Assembly (NCBI GenBank): GCA_963828125.1
Contig: CAWHDP010000001.1
Location: 64,001 to 128,000 of the forward strand
Source of the DNA: an uncultured Chlamydiae bacterium
Lineage (GTDB): Bacteria; Chlamydiota; Chlamydiia; Chlamydiales; SM23-39
Length of the DNA stretch: 64,000 bases
Reading direction: 5' to 3'
Position 1 is the first letter of the stretch. The number at the start of each line of letters is the position of its first letter. This document shows positions 28,254-36,924 of this stretch, one piece after another. Under the pieces are notes generated by a model. That model made no database searches. It had not been told where the DNA came from and saw nothing but the letters and a program-made list of their open reading frames with translations. Position numbers and translations under genes: made by a program.

Positions 28254-30050
28254 ATGATTAAAAAAAATATTTGTCTCTTATTTCTTCTTCCTTATCTGTT
28301 GTACGCTGAAATGTCGCCGAAGGCGGCGAGGGCGAGAGATCTTCTGGAACAATTCGATCCATGCATAGAGAGAGCGCTGAAAGATTATCAAGTCCCGGGG
28401 GTCGCGATCGGCGTTGTGGTCGATGGTCATCTTGTCTATGCAAAAGGTTATGGATACCGCGATATTGAGCGGCAGCTCCCGATGACTAAAGAGACTCTTT
28501 TCGCCATTGGCTCCTGTACGAAAGCGTTCACGACTTTTGCCATTGGCAATTTAGTCGATGAGGGATATATGGGGTGGGATCAGCCGGTGATCGATCTTCT
28601 TCCGGAGTTTAGGCTCTGGGATCAATATGCAACGACGAATGTGACCCTGCGCGATTTGCTCACGCATCGAACGGGACTGCCGCGCCATGAATTTGTCGCC
28701 TATAATTCCAAGATCAGCAAGAGCGAGATGCTCAAGCGGATCCGGTATCTGCAGCCCTCTTCCGAGGTGCGCGAGAGATACCAATACGGCAACTTGATGT
28801 ATTTCACGGCGGGACTTGCCATGGAAAAGGTGGCCGGAAAACCTTGGGAGCAGTTGATTCAAGAAAAAATTTTGACCCCTCTTGAAATGACCCATACCAA
28901 TTTTTCAGTGGAGGAGACGGAGGCGTCGGATAATTTTGCGTGGCCTTATCTCGAAAAAAACGATGCGCTCAAAAAAATCCCTTTTCGCAACCTCTCGCTC
29001 ATCAGCGCTGCGGGTGCGATCAATTCAAATGTTGAGGAGATGACCCATTGGCTCCAAATGCTGCTCGCTGGCGGGGTGTATAAAAACCAGACGTTGATCA
29101 GCCCTGCAACGCTGCAGGAGCTTTATGCGCCGCAAGTGATCATTCCGGGCGCCCCTGAAACGAAAGAGAGCCTCCTTCTCGCCTATGGGATTGGATGGCA
29201 TGTCCTCTCTTATCAAGGGAAATATTTTGTCAGCCACGACGGTGTTTCTGATGGATTCACGTCAATGGTCGGTTTTTTCCCGACCGAAAATATCGGCGTC
29301 GTCGTCCTCGCCAATAAAAATATGACAGGGTTTCCCCGTTTTCTCTCTCTTGAGATCATCGATCAAATCCTCGAGCTGCCGTATCACGATTGGTTTAGCG
29401 AGGGGCTGGAGAGTCTCAGGAAAAATAAGCTAGCCATGAAGGAGAGCAAAAGCAATGAAGACGGTTTGCGTAAAAAGGGGACCTCTCCTTGCCATCCGAT
29501 CGAGGAATATGCAGGGGTTTACGAGCATCCTGGATATGGGAAGCTGACGATTGAGCCAGTCGATGGAAAACTCCAAGCGAATTACAATGATCTAATCTTT
29601 GTATTGGACCACTGGCATTACGATGTGTTTTCAGTGGTGCAAGAAATGCAGGACATGGTCGTCTCTGTTGAAGGGACGAAATTCACTTTTTGCAATAACC
29701 CCAATGGGGATATTGGCGAGGTGGCCGTCCCATTTGAGCCCAAAGCCGATGACATTGTCTTCAAGCGGAAGACGGAGGGGTCGCTCTCGACGCTCAACTA
29801 TTTACGGAAGTTTACTGGAGTTTATGAAATTTATGGCTACACGGTTGAAGTGGTGGTTCGCAATCACACTCTGCTCGCGATCATTCCCGGACAGCCGATC
29901 TATGAACTCACCCCCGCCGCCGAGAATGAGTTTGCTGTGAAATCGATGACCGGATCTACCGTCCGCTTTGTCCTTGATCCCGGCGAGAAGGTGACAGAGG
30001 TCTTGCTCATGCACCCTTATGGAGCTTTTTCCGCGAAGCCCAAACACTAG
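28254..30050 (+). CDS. Serine hydrolase, beta-lactamase family with DUF3471-like C-terminus
   Basis: Signal peptide, SCTK (SxxK), LLTHRTG, YGN and HDG. Confidence 0.88.
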   Translation: MIKKNICLLFLLPYLLYAEMSPKAARARDLLEQFDPCIERALKDYQVPGVAIGVVVDGHLVYAKGYGYRDIERQLPMTKETLFAIGSCTKAFTTFAIGNLVDEGYMGWDQPVIDLLPEFRLWDQYATTNVTLRDLLTHRTGLPRHEFVAYNSKISKSEMLKRIRYLQPSSEVRERYQYGNLMYFTAGLAMEKVAGKPWEQLIQEKILTPLEMTHTNFSVEETEASDNFAWPYLEKNDALKKIPFRNLSLISAAGAINSNVEEMTHWLQMLLAGGVYKNQTLISPATLQELYAPQVIIPGAPETKESLLLAYGIGWHVLSYQGKYFVSHDGVSDGFTSMVGFFPTENIGVVVLANKNMTGFPRFLSLEIIDQILELPYHDWFSEGLESLRKNKLAMKESKSNEDGLRKKGTSPCHPIEEYAGVYEHPGYGKLTIEPVDGKLQANYNDLIFVLDHWHYDVFSVVQEMQDMVVSVEGTKFTFCNNPNGDIGEVAVPFEPKADDIVFKRKTEGSLSTLNYLRKFTGVYEIYGYTVEVVVRNHTLLAIIPGQPIYELTPAAENEFAVKSMTGSTVRFVLDPGEKVTEVLLMHPYGAFSAKPKH

Positions 30051-30218
30051 CCCGCATTTCTCACACAGCCGCGTAACATCTGCTCAATCTGTCACGCCAT
30101 CTTTCGCCCATCGCTCGTCGCTAATAGGACTCTTCCTATTAGCTTCCTCGCGATTTGCAAAATCTAGCGTAACATCTTGAGCACCTTTTCTCGCGTCTGT
30201 GTGAGAAATGGGGGCTAG
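30047..30218. mobile_element. Element A, full-length 164-bp fold-back MITE (30051-30214) with CTAG duplication
   Basis: TIR cccgcatttctcacaca; central ctaatagg-actctt-cctattag; same length as the 50298 copy. Confidence 0.9.
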
Positions 30219-31276
30219 AAATCGACGCTGAGGCGCGTAGTCAATCCGTAGAGCGCTAGGAGGCTCGAATTGATCCGTGTCTCTTTGGCCTCTGACGGAG
30301 TCCCTGCGCTGGATCTGTAAATTTCTTGCACATTCCACCACAAATTTGCTTCATAACCGACGAACACTTCGATCCGATTATAGGTCAGGTTTTTCTGGTA
30401 AGACGGTCCGAGGCTCATCTGGGCGGTTGCCACGGGGCGGACGTCCCTGTACGACGTGTCGCGGACGGGAACGGATGGATCGTCTGTGGGCGTTGGCTGA
30501 AAAGTTGTGTTTTGCCGAACCCGATTGTTGTAGCTACCCATCAATAAGCCAAGAAACCCTTGCGCTGTTAAATAGAGTTCGCCGGTCCAATACCAATCTA
30601 CGATGGTTCCGCTTTTCAGTCCGCCGCCGACAAATTTCCACCGGTTTCGGACGGAGGTCGTATTCGGAACCGAATCGGTGTAGTGGAATCTCCAATCCTG
30701 ACTCATCCAGGCGCTGAAAGCGCCTCCGAGGAGTCTGAATCTCAGGTGAGGATTTGGGAAAAAGACCCGCGAGACGAGCCAATCGAAGACGTTGTAATTC
30801 AGATGGATTCGGCTGTGGGCGCCCGATAGGGGTTCCGTCGTAATTTGGGGCCAAGTGCCGGTCAGGTATTCCTCCGTCGGACCTGGCTTAGAAGCATGGT
30901 TGCTTCCGCGGCTCGTCATCCGCGTATATTGCCATCTTGCCTCCCAGTAGTGGGTCGCTCGAAAATAGAGGAGTCCGAGCCGAAACCCTGGATCGAGGCC
31001 GTAGGTCGCATTTTCAAATTTCCCTTGGGCGTAAGAGGGGCTTGGACCCCACGCGTTATGGCGCATGCTGAGAGCGTAATCGAGAGCTCCTTCCGCAACG
31101 CTCCAGTAGAGAAATTCGGCGCTGCCGGAGAAGATTTGATCGTATCTTTTGAATAGGTCAGGGCCGCAAGGATCCTCTTTAGGATAGCAGCAAATATTTG
31201 GAGATCTTTCGCAAGCGTTCATCATTGCGTTTAGAGTCAATACGGACTGGGCTGCAATCAGAAAAATCCATTTCAT
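30215..31276 (-). CDS. Lpg1974/MOMP-like outer membrane beta-barrel protein
   Basis: Signal peptide, Cys-rich N-terminus, AEFLYW, PGFRLGL, GYEANLW and terminal Phe. Confidence 0.8.
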   Translation of the reverse strand: MKWIFLIAAQSVLTLNAMMNACERSPNICCYPKEDPCGPDLFKRYDQIFSGSAEFLYWSVAEGALDYALSMRHNAWGPSPSYAQGKFENATYGLDPGFRLGLLYFRATHYWEARWQYTRMTSRGSNHASKPGPTEEYLTGTWPQITTEPLSGAHSRIHLNYNVFDWLVSRVFFPNPHLRFRLLGGAFSAWMSQDWRFHYTDSVPNTTSVRNRWKFVGGGLKSGTIVDWYWTGELYLTAQGFLGLLMGSYNNRVRQNTTFQPTPTDDPSVPVRDTSYRDVRPVATAQMSLGPSYQKNLTYNRIEVFVGYEANLWWNVQEIYRSSAGTPSEAKETRINSSLLALYGLTTRLSVDF

Positions 31277-31368
31277 GGAAGACTCTCTCCTTTTTGGTTA
31301 CATTAGAAAAAGTCTTTGGAATATTCAAGAAGATTGTTTTGAGATATACTCGGGCCGCGAGGTAAAGT

Positions 31369-31674
31369 ATGAAAAAATGGATTTTTATTTTATTGGCGTC
31401 GACGACATTTGGGGCGCTGCCGCCGTTGGCCCAGAGCATACGGGAGCTGCAGGCGCTCTTAGCCGATGGGCGGTTTTATGACGCGTTGGGCAGCGCGGGA
31501 AGGATTCAAGAGATCATCAGGACAGAACATGGATATTTGGTGATCACCCAACGCTATACAATGGAGGTCGATATAAAATATGGAAGAGGGGTGATCGGCC
31601 CGGTCCCTTTTGAATTTGAGTTTCATGAACCCGTCGATGTAGAGGAGAATCGGACACAATGGAAATATGGCTAG
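31369..31674 (+). CDS. Small secreted hypothetical protein
   Basis: Signal peptide followed by ALPPLAQSIREL; overlaps the next gene. Confidence 0.6.
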   Translation: MKKWIFILLASTTFGALPPLAQSIRELQALLADGRFYDALGSAGRIQEIIRTEHGYLVITQRYTMEVDIKYGRGVIGPVPFEFEFHEPVDVEENRTQWKYG

Positions 31675-32324
31675 ATACGGCGGACTATGCGCTGATTAAG
31701 AGTGCAAGGGAGATGGGAGTTCTCCATGGCGTCACGACCAATCCGTCGATCGTAGCGAAATCGAAAATTGGGATGGAAGAGCTTCTGGAAACGATTCTCG
31801 ATATCCAGCAAGGTCCGGTCACAGCTCAAGTCACAGCGCGAGAGGCTTCAACGATGATTCGGCAAGGGGCGGCGCTCCACCGGTTTTCTCCGCGGATTTT
31901 GGTCAAGGTGCCGGTGACCCAAGAGGGGCTCAAGGCGATCCACGCACTGAGTATGGAGCAGATTCCGGTCATGGCCACCACGGTGTTTGACCTGAACCAA
32001 GTTCTCCTTGCCGCAAGGGCCGGCGCTCAATACATCGCCCCCTATTTTTCGACGATTTGCGAGCTCGAAATGACAGGATTTGATCAGTTCAAGCTCATGC
32101 TCCATGTGTTAAAGCAGCACCGCTACCCGGCGAAGATACTCGCCGCCTCTTTGAAATCGGGAGAACATGTGAGAGAGTGCGCAGAAATAGGGGCCGATGC
32201 GGTCACTTTGAATAAAGAGGTGTTTTTGTCCTTGATCGGCAACCATCCAGAGACCATGAAACGGGTGGAACGGTTCTCGAAAGATTGGGAAACGGCTGCA
32301 GCGCGGAAAAGTTTACCTCTTTAA
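31659..32324 (+). CDS. fsa: Fructose-6-phosphate aldolase / small transaldolase family
   Basis: Motifs LDTA, GVTTNPS and VKVP; AQV and APY residues are of FSA type. Confidence 0.8.
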   Translation: MEIWLDTADYALIKSAREMGVLHGVTTNPSIVAKSKIGMEELLETILDIQQGPVTAQVTAREASTMIRQGAALHRFSPRILVKVPVTQEGLKAIHALSMEQIPVMATTVFDLNQVLLAARAGAQYIAPYFSTICELEMTGFDQFKLMLHVLKQHRYPAKILAASLKSGEHVRECAEIGADAVTLNKEVFLSLIGNHPETMKRVERFSKDWETAAARKSLPL

Positions 32325-33161
32325 CGAGCCGCCAAGCGCTTGAAAAATCCCTGGGAGCGGAGAGGAGAAATTGACTTCTTTGTTTGTGAAGGGGTGCTTA
32401 AAGCCGAGCGTACAGGCGTGAAGGCAAAGCCGCTTCAGGGGATTTTCGACAGAGCCGTAGCGCTCGTCGCCGACCACAGGGTGGCCTGCCATTTGGCAAT
32501 GGACTCGGATTTGGTGCTTGCGGCCCGTTTCGAGCCGCAATTTGAGGTAGGTATATTTGGCCGAACGGCGGATGACTCTGTAATGGGTGATCGCATCTTT
32601 CCCTTCTGGAGATTCGATCACATGGAGGGAGGGGAGCTCCAGCAGCTTGCTCTCCCAAGAGCCCTCGGCCCCTTTCAGACGCCCTTCGACAATGGCGTAG
32701 TATTCCCGCAAAATATCGTGATTTTCAAATAGGACGTCGAACCGCTCTTCCGACTCTTTGCCTCGGGCGAATAGGAGGATCCCTGAAGTCTCCCGGTCGA
32801 TCCGGTGGACTGCGAAAATCTGATCGGTTCCGCTATGCTGGCGCAAAAGACCAAGGGCATGCCGCTGAGAGTCGGCTCCATCGAGGGGAACGCTCAAAAG
32901 GCCGACCGGCTTGTCGATGACGATGATATGGCGATCTTCGTACAAAATATTCAAGCCAGGCACTTTCGGCGCCTTAAAAGTCTCTTTGACAGATAACCTC
33001 TCCCCTTTTGCAAGCGGGATATCTTCTCTCTGGATCCGTTTTCCCTCGAGCCGAAAACGGCCGTTTTTCAACCACGACTGCAAGGTTCTCCGCGAGCTAT
33101 CCGGATAGAGGTTCCGAAGGGCCTCGGCTACAGTCATATCGGCAGGCACTATATATTCCAT
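32313..33161 (-). CDS. RluA/C/D family pseudouridine synthase
   Basis: Motifs HRIDRETSG, TGRKHQIRVH, GDERYG and LHA. Confidence 0.93.
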   Translation of the reverse strand: MEYIVPADMTVAEALRNLYPDSSRRTLQSWLKNGRFRLEGKRIQREDIPLAKGERLSVKETFKAPKVPGLNILYEDRHIIVIDKPVGLLSVPLDGADSQRHALGLLRQHSGTDQIFAVHRIDRETSGILLFARGKESEERFDVLFENHDILREYYAIVEGRLKGAEGSWESKLLELPSLHVIESPEGKDAITHYRVIRRSAKYTYLKLRLETGRKHQIRVHCQMAGHPVVGDERYGSVENPLKRLCLHACTLGFKHPFTNKEVNFSSPLPGIFQALGGSLKR

Positions 33162-33187
33162 GCGAGGCAGTATAGAGGAGCGGGCCG

Positions 33188-33580
33188 TTATTCGGAAGGG
33201 GGCATTCTTAAAATCTTTTTTATAGAAACCCTTTTTTTCCCAGCCAATGCTTTCTCCTGGGCTCGCCGCGACCTGCGCTTTTTTTGCCGTCGAATTTTTT
33301 CCCGCTCTTGCTGCCGTTTACTTTTTTCTTTAGAAAGACCCTCTTCGATCCTTTCGCAAAGCTCCCTTCTGGCATAGAGCCGATTCAACTCCCTTGAGCG
33401 AGTGCTTTGCCGTTTGACTTCGATCCCGCTCGGGATATGCTTCAAATAGACGCAAGAAGAGGTTTTGTTGATTTTTTGGCCGCCGCTCCCCGACCCAAGG
33501 ATGAATTTTTCGAGCAGATCGCCCTCTTTGATCCCGAGTCTTTCCATACGAGTAGCTAGTTCTTCCCATGGATCAGTCAT
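33188..33580 (-). CDS. ArfB/YaeJ-like GGQ peptidyl-tRNA hydrolase
   Basis: GSGGQKINK and a basic C-terminal tail. Confidence 0.85.
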   Translation of the reverse strand: MTDPWEELATRMERLGIKEGDLLEKFILGSGSGGQKINKTSSCVYLKHIPSGIEVKRQSTRSRELNRLYARRELCERIEEGLSKEKSKRQQEREKIRRQKKRRSRRAQEKALAGKKRVSIKKILRMPPSE

Positions 33581-33728
33581 CTCTCAAAACATACCCAATA
33601 TTGCATTTTGAATAACATTGAAAAAAACCAGAGTTTTTTAAAATTATGTTAAATCATTTATCTAGATATGGCAAGCATTCTATTTAAGTGTTTTATTTTT
33701 AGTTATTTGCGCGTCTTTAAAAACCTTT

Positions 33729-33757
33729 TTGACTTCATTAGCCTCAAGCTGTAAAAT
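33729..33757 (+). promoter_or_regulatory. Sigma70-type promoter of the RRM gene, implying a ~160-nt leader
   Basis: TTGACT-17 bp-TAAAAT. Confidence 0.65.
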
Positions 33758-33924
33758 AGATGCATCTAAGGCATAGCAGGCATAGGCTTGATTGCTTTAG
33801 GTGTTTAGAACCTTAGCCCAGAATCTTGTCTTGGTCTGTCTTTATCAGAAAATGAATCCTGAAAAATTTGGCCGTAGTACACTGACTCTTAGGGTCAATT
33901 TTTATCTTTTTTGGAGTAAAATAA

Positions 33925-34341
33925 ATGAATCAACAAAATCAAAAACTGTATGTTGGAAACCTCAACTTTGATGCATCTGAAGATCAAGTTCGCGAACTTT
34001 TTGGAAGTTTTGGGGAAGTGCAGGAAGTTAAAATCGTAATGGACCGTTTTTCAGGCAGATCTCGTGGATTTGCTTTTGTCCGCATGGCGACAGCCGATGA
34101 TGCTGGCAAAGCAAAAGAGGCCCTCAATGGGCAGCCCTTCCAAGGCAAAGCTCTTGTGATCGACTGGGCGCGTACAGAACAGCGCGACCGTCCGATGGGC
34201 GAACGTCGTGAGCGTCCAGCTGGCGAATTCCGGCCACGTCGTGAAGGCGGCGCTGGCGGCGGCTGGGGCGGCGGCGGAGATCGCGGCGAGCGCCGTGAAC
34301 GGGAACCGCGCGGAGACCGTGGCGGATTCAACCGTTATTAA
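33925..34341 (+). CDS. RRM RNA-binding protein with Gly/Arg-rich tail
   Basis: RNP2 LYVGNL and RNP1 RGFAFVRM. Confidence 0.95.
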   Translation: MNQQNQKLYVGNLNFDASEDQVRELFGSFGEVQEVKIVMDRFSGRSRGFAFVRMATADDAGKAKEALNGQPFQGKALVIDWARTEQRDRPMGERRERPAGEFRPRREGGAGGGWGGGGDRGERREREPRGDRGGFNRY

Positions 34342-34757
34342 TCTTTAGCAAGCACTGCTATAGTTAGCCGAGCAGCTGAAATGAGCTGTTCGGCTTCATT
34401 CACAATCTTAATCTCCCACACCTGTGTAGTTTTTCCTAGATGAAGCGGTCTTGCGATGGCTCGCACAAAGCCGGAGCTAACGGTTCGAATGTGGTTGATA
34501 TTGAGATCTAGCCCTAAACACACTTTGCCCTTAGGGACGCAGGCATTGGCTGCTATGCTTCCCACTGTTTCCGCTAGAGCTGCCGTCGCACCGCCGTGAA
34601 CGGTTCCGAGGGGCTGATGAGTTCGCCGATCGACCGGCATGGTGGCAGTCATGTGGTTGTCGCCGATCTCCACGAATTCGATGCCCAAATGATCGCACAG
34701 CGTATTGCGGCAGCGGCGATTGATCTCTTCGAGAGTGATCGGGTGTGCCCATATCAT
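34338..34757 (-). CDS. Hotdog-fold thioesterase (MenI/EntH/PaaI-like)
   Basis: HQPLGTVHGGATAALAE and LNINH. Confidence 0.9.
   Translation of the reverse strand: MIWAHPITLEEINRRCRNTLCDHLGIEFVEIGDNHMTATMPVDRRTHQPLGTVHGGATAALAETVGSIAANACVPKGKVCLGLDLNINHIRTVSSGFVRAIARPLHLGKTTQVWEIKIVNEAEQLISAARLTIAVLAKD
34366..34395 (+). terminator. 12-bp stem-loop inside the thioesterase 3' end; candidate terminator for the convergent RRM gene
   Basis: agccgagcagct-gaaatg-agctgttcggct; the U tail is weak. Confidence 0.4.
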
Positions 34758-34771
34758 GATGCAAGTTCAGT

Positions 34772-34819
34772 TATATTGTGGCCGCCCCAAAAGTGTGAAT
34801 TTGGGGCGGCCGCAGTATA
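34772..34819. repeat. Element B, diverged 44-bp copy (34774-34817) flanked by TA
   Basis: ta-tattgtggccgccccaaaagtgtgaatttggggcggccgcagta-ta. Confidence 0.88.
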
Positions 34820-35076
34820 ACCTCTTATGTGCAAAAAGTCAACCGCGCAGCGCCGATAAATGGCTAAAGGGATAGTCGACCAATGACAATTAGATCGTTT
34901 AATGCTAGAATGTACTCTATTGGATAACCTAAATAATAGGGATTTTATGGTGGAACCAGCTCCAAGTAGTGATCGTATTGAGCATTCTGTGTGGGTTAAA
35001 AATTGGGGCGGTTTTCCAGATCCGAATAAGGGGTTGTCCAACAATAAATAGATTTTTATTAATGGAGTTTATATGA

Positions 35077-35385
35077 ATGTGGTTAACAATAATCCAGGGG
35101 GTTCCCTTTGTAGAACATCCCGATTGTTATCTTCGCTTGAACGTGACGGGAAAGCAGTGGAACGCCCTCGATGAGATGCTGCAGCGTGCTGGAGATATGT
35201 CGCAGGGCTCAGCAAAGACTTGGATTTTTCATAACAGGCATCTAATGTTATCTTGTATGCAAAGAATCGATAAGGGTGAATTGAAAGAGGGTCATTTGGC
35301 GGTTTGTCGTACAGTTATTGCGAATGCTGTTCGACACATAGAACGCGAGATCCGGTTGCTTCCCGTTGAGGCGGTCCCGTTATGA
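35077..35385 (+). CDS. Hypothetical protein
   Basis: Only sizeable ORF in the gap; no motif recognised. Confidence 0.35.
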   Translation: MWLTIIQGVPFVEHPDCYLRLNVTGKQWNALDEMLQRAGDMSQGSAKTWIFHNRHLMLSCMQRIDKGELKEGHLAVCRTVIANAVRHIEREIRLLPVEAVPL

Positions 35386-36924
35386 GCGTATTCTCTTTCG
35401 GTTTTTCCACATCCGAATGGAGATTAAGATTGCCAAGATAGCGCCTACGATGCCTGTTACGTAACCAAATACGATCAGCGCGTCGTTCAGGCCTTGGATG
35501 TAGGCCTGGTTCAAGATGCTCTTTACGATTGCGGCTTTGGCTTGGGCGGCGTCGGGGTACTTGTTGTAAAGGTTATGGAAGGTCATTTTATAGCCAGGCA
35601 GTTGGGTGTTTGCCTGTTCTCCAAAACGGGCTGCGTGGAAAATTGTCTGCCGAATGCTGAAAATGGAGATGAGGGTGCCTCCGTAGGTGGCGCCCACTTG
35701 CCGAAAGAAGGTGAGGATCGTGGCGGCGGCCGATTTTAGCTCGTGTGGAACTCCGTAAAGGGCGAGAATTGTCGTGGGACCGAGGGACAAGCCAATGCCG
35801 ATCCCGCGGATTGTGAGGATAGGGATCACTTGATCGGCTCCGGTCAAAAAACTCAGTTCATTATTGTAAAAATAACTAAAGGAGAGACAAGAAAGTCCCA
35901 CAAAGGTGAGGATCGGGAGCGGTATATACCGAACCAGGTAGCTTGCTATAATACTAAAAATGGCAATGACAATCCCGTAAATCGAAGATGTTTGTCCGGT
36001 AATGAATTTTTCATACAGCAGCCCGTTCAGCATGTATTGAACGGAGGTGGCTACACTGGCAAAGGTGGCCATGCCTAAAAGAAACATGGCGGCTAAACTG
36101 ACGCTGAAGATGGGGTCTTTGAAAAGCGGCATCGGAATGAGGGGATCGGGATGGCGGTTTTCGACAAAAATACAGGCAAAAAGCGAGAGGACTGCAATCA
36201 CAAAAAAGGCGATGATATAGGGGGTTCTCCACCCTGCGTCGGTCGCTGGGATGGGTCCCAAAGTGAGCGCGATCAGCAGTGTAGATACGAAGAGGGCAAA
36301 TGTAATCAGGCCAAGAACGTCGAAGGGTGTCTTGCTCTGTTGTGAGTGTGAGGGCTTGGTGTGCCAGCAGGCGGCTCCTGCCAGCGAGCCTCCAAAAGCG
36401 ATGAGAAAAAAAAGCATTCTCCAACTCTGAAATTGGGTGAAATAGCCCGACAGAGGAAGCCCTAGCCCAATCCCCCCTCCAAAGGCTCCGGCAATGTACA
36501 AATTAATCCCCAATGCAATCCGCGATTTTGGAAGATTTTTGATGATGAGGGAAAGTCCGACAGGAAAAATAAATCCGGCTCCGACCCCCTCAATGAATCT
36601 CGCTGAGGCGATCATCCAAAAATTCTGCGCTAGAGCGGCTAGAAGCGAGCCGCAAACAAAGAAGATGATCCCGTAGGTATACATCTGATTAAAGCCGAAT
36701 CGGTTCGCAAACCAGTCGCCAGTCGGTACGGTCAAATTAATCCCAAGAAGATAGAGGGTGGTGAGCCAAATCGCATCCGTATCGCTGAGGGCTAGCTCTC
36801 CTTGAATGGCAGAGTCGGCGATGAGTGTGGTGATGGCAGAACAGACAGCGAGAAAGGTGGCAAGAATCACGTTGGCCGTGATGATGGCCGGGTAGTAAGA
36901 TCGCTCCTCTGCAAAAATACTCAT
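35380..36924 (-). CDS. DHA2/EmrB-like MFS efflux transporter
   Basis: About 14 TMs, ARFIEGVG and PLIPMPLFK; follows the HlyD adaptor gene. Confidence 0.88.
   Translation of the reverse strand: MSIFAEERSYYPAIITANVILATFLAVCSAITTLIADSAIQGELALSDTDAIWLTTLYLLGINLTVPTGDWFANRFGFNQMYTYGIIFFVCGSLLAALAQNFWMIASARFIEGVGAGFIFPVGLSLIIKNLPKSRIALGINLYIAGAFGGGIGLGLPLSGYFTQFQSWRMLFFLIAFGGSLAGAACWHTKPSHSQQSKTPFDVLGLITFALFVSTLLIALTLGPIPATDAGWRTPYIIAFFVIAVLSLFACIFVENRHPDPLIPMPLFKDPIFSVSLAAMFLLGMATFASVATSVQYMLNGLLYEKFITGQTSSIYGIVIAIFSIIASYLVRYIPLPILTFVGLSCLSFSYFYNNELSFLTGADQVIPILTIRGIGIGLSLGPTTILALYGVPHELKSAAATILTFFRQVGATYGGTLISIFSIRQTIFHAARFGEQANTQLPGYKMTFHNLYNKYPDAAQAKAAIVKSILNQAYIQGLNDALIVFGYVTGIVGAILAILISIRMWKNRKRIRS

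Noticed and set aside
30084..30341. Small ORFs sharing ...ISDERxAKDGVTD or PHFSHRREK (also 50332, 52270, 54368)
   Set aside because: The shared peptides are translations of element A, not a protein family.
34180..34335. GC-rich repeats in the RRM tail as a mobile repeat
   Set aside because: Explained by Gly/Arg/Glu low-complexity coding.
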